Part shown: positions 46,290-58,700 of the stretch, piece by piece
How positions within the stretch are numbered: position 1 is the first letter of the stretch
Layout of the letters: every line of letters begins with the position of its first letter
NCBI GenBank assembly: GCA_965220965.1
Contig: OZ244852.1
Span: forward strand, 2,368,001 to 2,432,000
Length of the DNA: 64,000 nucleotides
Origin: Candidatus Marinacidobacterium sp.
GTDB lineage: Bacteria > Acidobacteriota > Vicinamibacteria > Marinacidobacterales > Marinacidobacteraceae
Reading direction: 5' to 3'
Made by a program: the position numbers and the translations under genes
The notes under the pieces: model-generated
What the model saw: only the letters and a program-made list of their open reading frames with translations
Database searches by the model: none
Told to the model about the DNA's origin: nothing

Positions 46290-49288
46290 CAGTGCGTTCT
46301 CCCTCCGTGGATCGCCGCCTCGAGGTCGGTCGCGACGCTCGCCGGTCTCGTCAGCACGCAGTAGCGCCACTCTCCCTGGCACTCGGGGTCATCGGTGTTG
46401 CGCAGCGCCGGAATCCACGAGTCGCGAACGGCGCGTTCCTTGGCTTCGCTGTTGGGGCCGGGCAGGCCCTTGTATTCGATGACGAGATGAACCGGCCGCC
46501 CCTCCCGGTCCCGCTCCCTCAGTCTGGCCACGAAGTCGGGCAGGTAGCTCCGGGTGAGCCCGGTGCGCGCGTCCAGATACGGGATGGACCAGTGGAGGCG
46601 GTCGTTGCGCACCCAGCACTCCACGCCAGCGCTGGAGTCGAGCGCCTCCGCCACGCTGAGCTCCGGGTCGCTGTCGCAGGGCGCCCGGTTCAGTTCGGAC
46701 CGGCGGGCCTCGCGAACCCGTCGTTTGGCTGTCCAGTAATGGACCGACCCGGTGTCCAGCACGCGGTCCGCGGCCGGGTCCTCCTCGTCGGCGAAGATCG
46801 GCAGGATCCTCGGCGTCTCGTCGTCGCCAAGGGAACAGGCGCTGACGATTTCGCGCGCGACGCGGGGGGCCTGCTCGCGCCGCACGACCTCCCCGAAGCT
46901 CCCGCAGCGGACATCCGGGTGAGCGAGCCACTCCTGCGCAGCCTGAGCCGCATCCCCGAAGAGGGTTCTGCGCCGGACCGGCAGGTCGCTTCCGGCGGGG
47001 TGCAGGCCCCCTTCGATATCCCGGAGCACGTCGCGCGCGACCCGCCACTGGAAATGCCTCTCCCTGCGCCGATCCTCGAAGACTGAACCGCCACCCACCA
47101 CGCCTTCAGAATGCACGAATTCCGGTATGCCCCCCAGGGTGTCCCCCGGCGCGGTCGCATCCTCCGGGTCGCCCTCGCGAAGATCGAAGGGACGCACCCG
47201 ATCGGGTTCGAGCCGGAGCCTCCTGCCGGGCAATTCCCATCGGTACCCGGCCACTTGCGGGAACCGGATGCCGAACTCCTCCCGTCCAGTCACCGAACAC
47301 ACCTTGTAGGGCTCCCGAGGCGGCCGCGGCGCTTCGTCGCGCGCCCGCATGAACGAGAAGGGCACGCCGAAGAGGTGGGAGGTCTCGGGTCGCAACAAGC
47401 GCCGGTCCTCGTCCGCGAAGTCCTCGTACGACGTGCGCCGCAGAGAGCGGCCAGCGACCTGCTCGCATAGCAGCTCGCTCCCGAACTTGCGGAACCCCAG
47501 GATGTGGGTCACGGTGCGGGTGTCCCACCCCTCCGACAGCATGGAGACCGAGACCACGCATCGAATGCGCGCGCCCGGCCGCCCCTCCTTGCCGACCGTG
47601 TTCGCGATCTCCCGGATGCGGGCCAGACGCTCGCCCTTCGTCTTCGCGTCCGGCGCCAGCAGCTTCGCCTGCGCCTCCATCACTTGCGCCAGTGATCGAC
47701 GCATCTCGTCCGGCGCGTCCAGCTTCGAGTGGACGAGAATCGTCGGGGGCTGTTCCACCCAGCCCGATCCATCCGGGAGCACGTTCGAGAACAGCGCGCA
47801 CCTCCCCGGCTCGAAGGGCGTCGGGGGAGGTCCTTCGCCGACCGCCTCCGCCTGGTATCCGGCGATGTGCCGATAGAGCTCCGTCGCGTTCTGCACCGTA
47901 TTGGCGACCACGATGAACACCGGGATCCGGCCCGATGCCTGGTAGCGCTCATTCGTCCGCTCGTAGTGCTCGTAGAGCTTTCCGAGCGGCGCTTCCACCG
48001 TCTGCGGAAGATCCCCGGCGCGCAGTTTGCGCTCCGACGCCGGAGTGTTCTGGTAGAGGTTGCGGTAGACCGGGTTGCGGTCGCCGATGTCATCGTCCAC
48101 CGGGACCTGTGGAATCTTGGTGAGCCCCGCCTCCACCGCCTCGATGAGCGGATAGTCGCTGACGATCCAGGGAAACAGCGGACTCTCGGCGTCGGGCGGA
48201 AGCCGGAGGAACATCGGCGTCGCGGAAAAGTCGAGCACTTGCGCGAGCGTCCCGGCGTCGCGCAGCGCCTCCAGCGCCCGGAACCACAGCGCTGCGCTCT
48301 GTTCGTATTCCCTCTCCTCCCCGCTCGCCTGCCTGAGTGACGCCGACGGCCGATAGCAGTGATGCCCCTCGTCATTGAGCACCAGCAGTCGCCGGTGTCC
48401 CCGGTGCTTGCGCAGCAGCCGGTTGAGCATCGCCCTCGGACTCTCGGTCCAGGCCTCGTCCGGCCGCGTGTCCGGAGACCTTCCACGCCGCAGCATCTTC
48501 TTCGCAATCCCCGACGCGGCGTCTTTCTCCCCGTCCACGAAGAGGGTGCTGCGACGCTGGAAAGCCTGGAAGTTCAGCACCGACACCCGGGCCCGGAACC
48601 GTCCGCGCAGCGGCGGGGGCAGAAGATCCCGGTAGGCCCTGCGCCCCGCCTCGGTCTCCGGATCGAGCTCCTGGAGTCGCTCCCGGACCGTCAGGTTGGG
48701 CGCGATGAGCAACACATCCGCGTCACTCTCCTCCCGCAGCGCCCACCAGGCGATGACCATCGCCATCGTCTTCGTCTTGCCTGTCCCGGTCGCCATCTTG
48801 ATCGCCAGGCGGGGAATGGCGTCGTTCCGGGACGCATGGATGGTCGAAAGCCGTTTCCCGATTTCCTCGTAGGCGGCCCCGCCGAGACGCGGTCCCGCTT
48901 CCATGAGCCAGATGACCGTTTCCGCCGCCTCCAGTTGGCAGAAGAAGGGGCGTTCATCCAGTTGTTCGCTCGACCAGTGGTCCAGAAGCCGACGCGTCGC
49001 GCGCGACACGCCCGGCCATCCGCTCCGCCGCCAACGGGCAACCTCCTCGCGGACTCGGTTGACCAGCCGATGCGGTTCGAGCCTCGTCGAGGGAGGCCTC
49101 GACGACTGTTTCCTCGGGAGCGGCGCCGGGAGATAGGCGCCGCTCGGCCGCCGCCCCTCGACGATCTGGTCCGTAGCCCGGAAGCGCTGGTCGAGCTTCC
49201 AGTGGCGCGCCGGCTCCTCGTATGGACTGTTCAGGACCGGCGTCGCCGGTCCGTCCGTCGGGGATCCGGCTTCCGCTGGCAAGGACAA
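46289..49288 (-). CDS. res: Type III restriction enzyme Res subunit (SF2 ATPase plus PD-ExK nuclease)
   Basis: LNSPYEEP, FFCQLEA, MATGTGKT, NDEGHHCY, SATP, MLSEGWD, EQVAGRSLRR, YLPDF...IEYKG. Confidence 0.9.
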   Translation of the reverse strand: MSLPAEAGSPTDGPATPVLNSPYEEPARHWKLDQRFRATDQIVEGRRPSGAYLPAPLPRKQSSRPPSTRLEPHRLVNRVREEVARWRRSGWPGVSRATRRLLDHWSSEQLDERPFFCQLEAAETVIWLMEAGPRLGGAAYEEIGKRLSTIHASRNDAIPRLAIKMATGTGKTKTMAMVIAWWALREESDADVLLIAPNLTVRERLQELDPETEAGRRAYRDLLPPPLRGRFRARVSVLNFQAFQRRSTLFVDGEKDAASGIAKKMLRRGRSPDTRPDEAWTESPRAMLNRLLRKHRGHRRLLVLNDEGHHCYRPSASLRQASGEEREYEQSAALWFRALEALRDAGTLAQVLDFSATPMFLRLPPDAESPLFPWIVSDYPLIEAVEAGLTKIPQVPVDDDIGDRNPVYRNLYQNTPASERKLRAGDLPQTVEAPLGKLYEHYERTNERYQASGRIPVFIVVANTVQNATELYRHIAGYQAEAVGEGPPPTPFEPGRCALFSNVLPDGSGWVEQPPTILVHSKLDAPDEMRRSLAQVMEAQAKLLAPDAKTKGERLARIREIANTVGKEGRPGARIRCVVSVSMLSEGWDTRTVTHILGFRKFGSELLCEQVAGRSLRRTSYEDFADEDRRLLRPETSHLFGVPFSFMRARDEAPRPPREPYKVCSVTGREEFGIRFPQVAGYRWELPGRRLRLEPDRVRPFDLREGDPEDATAPGDTLGGIPEFVHSEGVVGGGSVFEDRRRERHFQWRVARDVLRDIEGGLHPAGSDLPVRRRTLFGDAAQAAQEWLAHPDVRCGSFGEVVRREQAPRVAREIVSACSLGDDETPRILPIFADEEDPAADRVLDTGSVHYWTAKRRVREARRSELNRAPCDSDPELSVAEALDSSAGVECWVRNDRLHWSIPYLDARTGLTRSYLPDFVARLRERDREGRPVHLVIEYKGLPGPNSEAKERAVRDSWIPALRNTDDPECQGEWRYCVLTRPASVATDLEAAIHGGRTH

Positions 49289-49437
49289 GGTTCGGTGCGG
49301 CCGGGTGATGGATCCCGGGGCCGCCGCGCCAAGCCCGGAATCGAGACGGGATTATGCGGGGTCGCGTGGAGGCGGAGCTCCTTCCCTCAAGTCATCACGT
49401 CTCGACGTGAGTTACGGCGCACCCAACATGGCGACCC

Positions 49438-49923
49438 TCAGCCCGATGGCCTGCGTGACCTCCGATCCAGATAGGCGGCGAGACCATCCAGCAGCTCCTC
49501 CCAGCCGCTCTCGTGAGCCTCGCGGGTGGAGTCGGGGGTGAACCACGTCACCTGCTCGGTGCACAGGAGAAGCGTTCCGTCGCCACTGGGCTGGAACTCG
49601 ACGGTGTTCTTCGAGACGCCGACGAGAGTTCCGTCGGGCATTACAGCCCTCACGGCGAACACGATCCGTCGTCCTTCCACGATGTCGAGGTAGTGGTGTT
49701 CGAAGGTGGCGAGGACCTCGTCACCCCGCCGCATGTCGCAGCGCTCCCGTCCACCGATGGAGAAGTCCCTTCCTTCATAGACATAGCGCATCCCGTCCGG
49801 CGCGGGCTGCCAGGCGTCGTGGGTTGTTTCGTCCGCCCAGACGGCGAACACCGCTTCCGGCGAGGCGTTCAGATGGCGTGAGACGGTGATCGTGTCGTGG
49901 CGGGCGGGCTCTTCCTTCGTCAT
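49438..49923 (-). CDS. SRPBCC/AHA1 domain protein
   Basis: VSRHLNASPEAVFAVW, DFSIGG, RRIVF, HESGWEELLDGL. Confidence 0.85.
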   Translation of the reverse strand: MTKEEPARHDTITVSRHLNASPEAVFAVWADETTHDAWQPAPDGMRYVYEGRDFSIGGRERCDMRRGDEVLATFEHHYLDIVEGRRIVFAVRAVMPDGTLVGVSKNTVEFQPSGDGTLLLCTEQVTWFTPDSTREAHESGWEELLDGLAAYLDRRSRRPSG

Positions 49924-50025
49924 GAGCGCGAATTCAAGCATCCCTTTCCGCGGCGAGGCCGGGGTCGCCTCGCCGTCCGGCTCCACCGGGCCCTGGGCGG
50001 GCGGCGACCGGGAGTCAGGACGGCT

Positions 50026-52110
50026 TCATTCGCGCAGATGCTCGCAGGCGGCGTCGAGGTCCTCGACCGGCCGGGAGCAGACGCCTCCGCGGCACGGCAG
50101 GAAGGTGACGGCGCCTTCCTCCCTCGCCAGCGCCGCCGCCGACTGCAGCGCGGGGAGGCGGCTCCCGGCGGTCTCCGCGTCCGCGAGGAGCACCAGGCCG
50201 CCGGGGATCCGCCACAGCCTCTGGAGCGCGGCGCGCGTCTCCTGGTGTGAGCGGTCCCCGACGACCACGATCTGCCGCGGCTCCGCGAGGTAGCGCATCC
50301 CGGCGCTGAGGAGCGTCGCAAAGCCCGCCGGGCTCTTGCGCGCCTGCGGCCAGAAGGCGGCGAGGATTCCGCGGGCCGCGCTGCGCCTTCGCGCGTCGCC
50401 GGTCAGGGCGTGGAGCCGCAGGAGGGCGTCCGCCGCGACCGCGTTGCCGGAGGGCAGCGCTCCGTCGTAGCCGGTCCGTGTCCGGACCGGGAGCTTCTCG
50501 TGGTCGTCCGCCGTTGTGTAGCAGCCGCCTCCCGGGGCGGCGAAGCGGGCGTCGAGCAGGTCCGCCACCTCGTCGGCCGCGAGCAGCCAGCGCTCGTCGA
50601 AGTCGCTCTCGTAGAGGTCGAGCAGGCCGGCGAGCCAGAACGCGTGGTCGTCGAGCATCGCCGGGACCTTGGCGCGCCCCCCTCCCCAGACCGCGAAGTA
50701 GCGCCCCTCCACCCGGAGCCGGTCCAGCACGAACCGGCCCGCCTCCTGCGCCAGAGCGAGGTAGCGCTCCTCGCCCAGGACGCGGGACGCCTGCGCGAAA
50801 GCGGAGATCGCGAGCCCGTTCCACGCCAGCAGCACCTTGTCGTCGAGGCCGGGCGCGATGCGCCGGGCGCGCGCCTCGAGCAGCCGGGCGCGCGACGCCG
50901 CAAGCGCGGCCGCCGTCTCCTCGGGTGTTCCGCCGAGCCGCCCGGCGAGTTCCTCGTCGGAAGCGACGCGCCGAAGGATCGTCTTCCCTTCCCAGTTCCC
51001 CTCCGGGCGCAGGTCGTAGGCGGCGGCGAATCGCGAGGTCTCCTCGCCCAGCAGGGCCTTCACCTCGTCGAGGCGCCAGACGTAGAACCGCCCTTCCTCT
51101 CCCTCGGAGTCGGCATCCAGCGCTGCGTGGAACCCGCCTTCCGGAGCGCGCATCTCGGCCATCCAGTCGAGCGCCCGCCGGGCGTCCTGGAAGTACGCCT
51201 CACTCCCTGTGACCTGACCCGCCAGCAGGTAGACCGGAACCAGCAGGGCGTTGTCGTAGAGCATCTTCTCGAAGTGGGGGACGAGCCACTCCCGGTCGGT
51301 CGAGTAGCGGTGGAATCCCCCGCCAAGCTGGTCCGCCAGTCCGCCGTCCGCCATGCTCCGGAGCGTGCGCCGGACGACCGGCAGCGCCTCGTCCGCGCGC
51401 CCGGCCGCTGCCCGCTGGAGAAGCAGGGTGAGCTGACGGCTCGGCGGGAACTTCGGGGCCGGCCCGAAACCGCCGAACTCCGGGTCATGCGAGGCGAGCA
51501 ATCCGGTCACGGCGCGGCCGATGGGCTCCTCGGTGATCAGCTCGCCGGAGGCTCCCAGGCGGCCTGGCAGCGCCGCCGCCTGACGCAGTCGCTCGAGCAG
51601 CCGCTCCCCGTTCTCCATCATCTGCGCGCGCTTCGCCGGATCCCGCCACGCCGTGGCGACCGCCTCGAGCACCCGGGGGAAACCGGGACGCCCCCAGCGG
51701 TCCTCCGGCGGGAAGTACGTTCCGCCGAAGAACGGCGTGCCGTCGGGGGCGAGGAAGGCGGTGAGCGGCCAGCCTCCCGCCCCGGTCGTCGCCTGGACGA
51801 ACGCCATGTAGATCTCGTCCACATCGGGGCGCTCCTCCCGGTCCACCTTGACCGGGACGAAGCTCTCGTTCATCCGGCGGGCGATCCCCTCGTGCTCGAA
51901 CGACTCGTGCGCCATCACATGACACCAGTGGCACGCCGAGTAACCGATCGAGAGGAGGACCGGCGCGCCGCGTCGCTCCGCTTCGGCGAAGGCCTCCGCT
52001 CCCCAGGGCCGCCAGTGCACCGGGTTGTTCCGGTGCTGGAGCAGATACGGGCTGGACTCGAGATGGAGGAGGTTCTGCGCGCCGCCGCCGGGCGCGCTGG
52101 CGGGAGTCAT
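50026..52110 (-). CDS. Thioredoxin-domain protein, YyaL/SPATA20 family
   Basis: [53 protein letters not shown]. Confidence 0.92.
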   Translation of the reverse strand: MTPASAPGGGAQNLLHLESSPYLLQHRNNPVHWRPWGAEAFAEAERRGAPVLLSIGYSACHWCHVMAHESFEHEGIARRMNESFVPVKVDREERPDVDEIYMAFVQATTGAGGWPLTAFLAPDGTPFFGGTYFPPEDRWGRPGFPRVLEAVATAWRDPAKRAQMMENGERLLERLRQAAALPGRLGASGELITEEPIGRAVTGLLASHDPEFGGFGPAPKFPPSRQLTLLLQRAAAGRADEALPVVRRTLRSMADGGLADQLGGGFHRYSTDREWLVPHFEKMLYDNALLVPVYLLAGQVTGSEAYFQDARRALDWMAEMRAPEGGFHAALDADSEGEEGRFYVWRLDEVKALLGEETSRFAAAYDLRPEGNWEGKTILRRVASDEELAGRLGGTPEETAAALAASRARLLEARARRIAPGLDDKVLLAWNGLAISAFAQASRVLGEERYLALAQEAGRFVLDRLRVEGRYFAVWGGGRAKVPAMLDDHAFWLAGLLDLYESDFDERWLLAADEVADLLDARFAAPGGGCYTTADDHEKLPVRTRTGYDGALPSGNAVAADALLRLHALTGDARRRSAARGILAAFWPQARKSPAGFATLLSAGMRYLAEPRQIVVVGDRSHQETRAALQRLWRIPGGLVLLADAETAGSRLPALQSAAALAREEGAVTFLPCRGGVCSRPVEDLDAACEHLRE

Positions 52111-52174
52111 CGGATGGTCTCCGGAGCCCCGCTCGGCGGAGCGCTCTCCGGACCGCCCGATGGCGGGAGCCGGG

Positions 52175-53251
52175 TCAGACCGCGGCCGGCGCCCGCGTCT
52201 CGGCGGTCTCCCGGGCGCCCATCCCGGCGGCGAGGCGCTCCCCGCCCCAGCGCACCAGCGCGGTCCCGACCGTCAATCCGGCGCCGACCGAGCTGAAGAG
52301 CAGGAGGTCCCCGGGCGTCACCGCCCCGCGGTCGATCGCGTCGCGAAGCGCGGTCGGGATCGAGGCGGCCGTGGTGTTCCCGTACTTGTGGACGGTCTTG
52401 ACGACCCGTTCCGGCGGGAGTCCCAGCCGCTTGGCGATCGCGTCGATGATCCGGGCGTTCGCCTGATGGCAGACGAGGAACGACACGTCCCCGCGGGTCA
52501 GGCCGGTCTCCGCGAGCAGCTCGTCGGCGGCGTCCGCCGAGCTTCGCACCGCGAACCGGAACACCTTCCGTCCCTCCTGCCGCACGAAGTGCTCGCGCCG
52601 GTCCACCGTGTCATGGGACGGCGGGTGGAGGCTCCCTCCGGCGGTCATGTAGAGCAGATCCCGCCCGGAGCCGTCCACCTTGTTGTTGAAGCCGAGGATG
52701 CCCTCGCCTTCCTGCGCCGGTTCGAGGAGGACGGCCCCGGCCGCGTCGCCGAACAGGATGCACGTCGTGCGGTCCTGGTAATCGGTGATCGAGGTCATCA
52801 CATCGGCCCCGATCACGAGCGCCTTGTCGGCGGCGCCGCTGGCCACGAACTGGGTCGCCGTCCCGAGCGCGAAGTTGAAGCCGCTGCAGGCCGCGGAGAG
52901 GTCGAAACCCCACGCCCGGCTGGCGCCGATGTCGTCCTGGACGAGGCACGCGGTCGCCGGAAAGTTCATGTCCGGCGTCACCGTGGCGACCACGATGACG
53001 TCGATCTCCTCGGCGCTGATCCCGCGGCGGCGAAGGGCGTCTTCCGCCGCTCGCGAGGCCAGAAAGGAACAACCGGTCCCTTCTTCGACCGCCCTTCGCT
53101 CCCGGATCCCGGTGCGGTCCACGATCCACTGGTCCGAGGTGTCCACGATCTCCTCGAAGTGGGCGTTCGTGAGCACCTTGTCGGGCAGATAGGCTCCGAC
53201 CGACGTGATCGCGACGGGGCGGACCGGAGAGCGGTCGGATGGCTGGATCAA
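52175..53251 (-). CDS. fabH: 3-oxoacyl-ACP synthase III
   Basis: [20 protein letters not shown] (Cys), [12 protein letters not shown] (His), GNTTAAS (Asn). Confidence 0.95.
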   Translation of the reverse strand: MIQPSDRSPVRPVAITSVGAYLPDKVLTNAHFEEIVDTSDQWIVDRTGIRERRAVEEGTGCSFLASRAAEDALRRRGISAEEIDVIVVATVTPDMNFPATACLVQDDIGASRAWGFDLSAACSGFNFALGTATQFVASGAADKALVIGADVMTSITDYQDRTTCILFGDAAGAVLLEPAQEGEGILGFNNKVDGSGRDLLYMTAGGSLHPPSHDTVDRREHFVRQEGRKVFRFAVRSSADAADELLAETGLTRGDVSFLVCHQANARIIDAIAKRLGLPPERVVKTVHKYGNTTAASIPTALRDAIDRGAVTPGDLLLFSSVGAGLTVGTALVRWGGERLAAGMGARETAETRAPAAV

Positions 53252-53350
53252 GGGGACAACTCCCGGCGCGGGCTAGGGGCTCGCGGCTGCAAACGGGGAA
53301 TCCTACGCGAACGGTCGGCCTGCGACGCTCCCCGGCGATAATCTGACCGG

Positions 53351-54106
53351 ATGGCCGTCCCGAGCCCGTCCCCGCCAGCGCCGGAACACGGCCCGGCGGC
53401 GCAGGCGGCGCCCCCCCGCGCAAGGGCGGCGGCGTTCTACGACCTCGACGGCACGCTCATCCGGACGAACCTGGTCCACGTGCTCGCCTGGTACGCGAGG
53501 AACGATCAGGGGCTGCTCCGCAGCCTGAAGTCGGTCGCCGCCACTGCGGTCGGAGTTCCGCTGTTCTTCACGACCGACCTGTACAGCCGGAAGGTGTTCA
53601 ACGACCTGTTCTTCCAGTGGTACCGGGGGCAGTCCTACGACCGGCTCCGCTTCCTCGCCGAAGAGCTCCACGAGAAAGTGATCCGCCCCGCGATCTTCCC
53701 CGGCGCCCCCGATCTGGTGGCCCAGGCGCGCCGCGCGGGACTTCGCCCCGTTGTCGTGACCGGGGCCCTCGAAGTCTCGGTTCGGCCGCTGCTCGAGGAG
53801 CTCGGGATCGACGAGTTCGTTGCGAACCGGCTTGAGTTCGTGGACGGCCGCGCCACTGGCCGGCTGTCGCCGCCGGTGCTCGCCGGGGCGAGCAAGGCGC
53901 TGTGGATGCGCGAGTACGCCGAACGCGAGGGTCTCTCGCTGAACGACTCCTACGCCTACGCCGACAGCATGTCGGACCTCCCGATGCTGAGCGTGGTCGG
54001 CCATCCGACCGCCGCCAACCCCGACCTGCGGCTCCGCAGCACCGCCCGCCGCCACGACTGGCCGGTGATCGACCTTCGCCGACGCTCCGCAGGCCCCCCG
54101 GCCTGA
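53351..54106 (+). CDS. HAD-IB (SerB-like) phosphatase, ElbB-like
   Basis: [28 protein letters not shown]. Confidence 0.88.
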   Translation: MAVPSPSPPAPEHGPAAQAAPPRARAAAFYDLDGTLIRTNLVHVLAWYARNDQGLLRSLKSVAATAVGVPLFFTTDLYSRKVFNDLFFQWYRGQSYDRLRFLAEELHEKVIRPAIFPGAPDLVAQARRAGLRPVVVTGALEVSVRPLLEELGIDEFVANRLEFVDGRATGRLSPPVLAGASKALWMREYAEREGLSLNDSYAYADSMSDLPMLSVVGHPTAANPDLRLRSTARRHDWPVIDLRRRSAGPPA

Positions 54107-54144
54107 CATCTCGTGGACAGGCTCCGCTATCCGAAAGGCCGCTG

Positions 54145-55743
<1,599 letters not shown>

Positions 55744-55747
55744 ACGC

Positions 55748-58700
55748 GTGACCGAAACGGCTCCCCGACCCCGGATCGACCTCGGCGAGGCGTTCGCCGG
55801 CAAGGGGATCCTGCTGCTCGGCGGGACCGGGTTCCTCGGGAAGGTGGTCGTCGGGATGCTGCTCGAGCACTTCCCCGACATCCGCCGGCTCTACCTCATG
55901 GTGCGGGCCCGCGACCTCGAGGGCAGCCGGACCCGCTTCCGGGAAATGGTCGAGGAGTCGGCGGCCTACGAGCCGCTGCGCCGCCGCCACGGGGACCGCC
56001 GGTGGGAGTTCCTCGACGAACGGGTCGAGGTGCTCGGCGGGGACATCACCGAAGAGGACTTCGGGTACTCCGAAGAGGAGGCGGCCCGGGTCGCGGGGGA
56101 CATCGACCTCGTCCTGAACTGCTCGGGACGCGTGGAGTTCAACCCACCGCTCGAGAACTCGATGGCGACCAACGTTCGCGGCACCCAGAACGTCATCGCT
56201 TTCGCCCGCCGGATGCGCCGCCCGGCGCTCGTCCACATCAGCACCTGCTTCGTCGCCGGGAACCGCGCCGGGGAGATCTACGAGGACGAGCCGCTCATCG
56301 GCTATTTCCCCCGCCGGGACCGCGAGGACCAGGAGTTCCGCGTCGACCGCGAGATCGAGGACTGCGAGCGCCTCGCCGCCCGGGTCCGCGACGAGTCGAA
56401 CGACAAGTCCCGCGCCGACGAGTTCCGCGAAGCGGCGCGCCGGCGGTTCCGGGAGGAGGGGCGGAACCCCGACGACGCCCGCGCGCTCCGCCTCGCGATC
56501 GCCGCCGAACGGCGGAACTGGGTCCGTCGCCGCCTCCGCGACCTGGGGATCGAGAAGGCCCGCGGCTGGGGCTGGCCCAACATCTACACCTACACCAAGA
56601 GCCTGGGGGATCAGCTCGTCGCCGAGGCCGACGGGCTTGCCCGCGCCATCGTCCGCCCTTCCGTCGTCGAGAGCTCGCTGGCGTTCCCGGTCACCGGCTG
56701 GAACGAGGGGTTCACCACGAGCGCGCCGCTGGTGCGGATGGCGCTCCGGGGCCAGAACCTCTTCCCGGTCAAGGAGGGCGTGGTCCTCGACGTCGTCCCG
56801 GTGGACCTGGTCGCCTCGGTGACCCTCGCCGTCGCCGCCGAGACGATGGTCACCGAGCCGCGCCTCGTCTACCAGGTCTGCAGCGGGGACAAGAACCCCT
56901 CCGAGGCCTCCCGGCTGGTGGACCTCGTCGGGATCTACAAGCGGCGCCACTTCCAGAACAAGCCGGGCGGACTGAAGCTGTGGAACGAGGTGCTGGGACG
57001 GATGGAGGCGACCAAGGTTCGCTCCGACCGCTTCGAGAAGCACACGCTCAAGTGGATGCGCCGCTCGGCGCAGGGGCTCCAGGACGCGCTCGACCGCGCC
57101 TCCGGCGAGCCGCTCGGGCCGCTGGTGACCGCCGTGGACCATCTGCGGACCCAGGTGCGGGGGTTCGACCACTTCGTCAGCCAGGGCGAGCGGCACTACC
57201 ACACCTTCCGGCCCTTCATCGCCGGGGAGCGCTTCATTTTCCGGGCCGATAACACCCGCGACCTGTTCTCCCGCCTCGACGGCAACGACGGCAGGCTCTA
57301 CTTCAACCCGGAGGAGATCGACTGGTACGACTACTGGCTCCACGTCCACCTTCCCGGGCTCGAGAAATGGGTCTTTCCCACGCTCGAACGCGAGGAGCGC
57401 GGCCGCCCCCGGCGGGTCTATCAGTACAAATCGATCGTTGAGCTGTTCGAGTCGAGCACCCGGAACCACGCCGGCCGGGTGGCCATGCGCATCACCCGGG
57501 GCGGACGGGAAGAGCGGATCACCTACGCCGATCTCCGGGAGTGCGTCCAGCGGGCCGCGGGGTTCCTCCGGGCGGCCGGCTTCGGGCCGGGGGATCACAT
57601 CGGCCTCCTCGCCGAGAACGCCCCCGAGTGGGGCATGGCCTACCTGGCGATTGCTCGGATCGGGGCGGTGGCGATCCCGCTGGACCGGGACACGCGGCCG
57701 GCCGACGTCCAGCGGCTGCTCGCCGCCGGCGACGCGAAGGCGCTCATCCTGAGCGACGCGCTCCATGACCGCCACGGGGCGATGGGCGCCGGGGAGTCAG
57801 GCCCGGGGTTCCGGGACATTCCGTTCGCCGAGCTCTTCGCCCTGGAGGACGAGGCCGAAGAAGAGCGCCGCATCGCCGACCTGCCGCCCCCTCCCACCGC
57901 CACGAGCCTGGCCTCGATCCTGTTCACCTCCGGGACGACCGGGTCTCCCAAGGGGGTGATGCTCACCCACCGCAACTTCACCAGCCTGGTGGCGAAGCTG
58001 CTCACGCTCTACGACATCGGGCCGAAGGACGGCGCGCTCAGCGTTCTGCCGCTCCACCATTCCTTCGAGTTCACGACCGGGTTCCTCCTCCCGCTCTCGC
58101 GCGGCGCCCAGATCGCCTACCTCGACGAGTTGAGCGGCGACACGATCACCCGTGAACTCCGAAAGGGCCAGACCACCTGCATCGTGGGCGTCCCGGCGCT
58201 GTGGGAGATGTTCCGCAAGAACCTCCTCAAGAAATTCGGGGACCGCTCGCCGCGGGCGGAGGACCTGGCGGTGGCGCTGGTGGACGCCGCCTATCTGCTT
58301 CGCGAGGACACCGGGCTGAACCTCGGACCGGCGCTCTTCCTGCCGATCCACGCGGCCCTCGGCGGGCGGATCCGGTATCTGATCAGCGGCGCCTCCGCGC
58401 TGTCCGAGACCGACTGGAAGTTCTTCCGCGGCCTCGGCTTCCACCTGGCGCAGGGCTACGGCCTCACCGAGGCGGCGCCGGTCCTGACCGTGACCCCGCC
58501 GGAGGGACGGATCCCCCTGGGGAGCGCCGGCAAACCGCTGCCCGGCATCGAGGTCCGGATCGCCGAGCCGGACGCCTCCGGCGTGGGTGAGGTCATTGCC
58601 CGCGGTCCCAACGTCATGCTGGGGTACTACGCCAACGAAGAGGCCACCAGCGAGGTCTTGCGCGACGGCTGGCTCCACACCGGCGACCTCGGCCGGCTCG

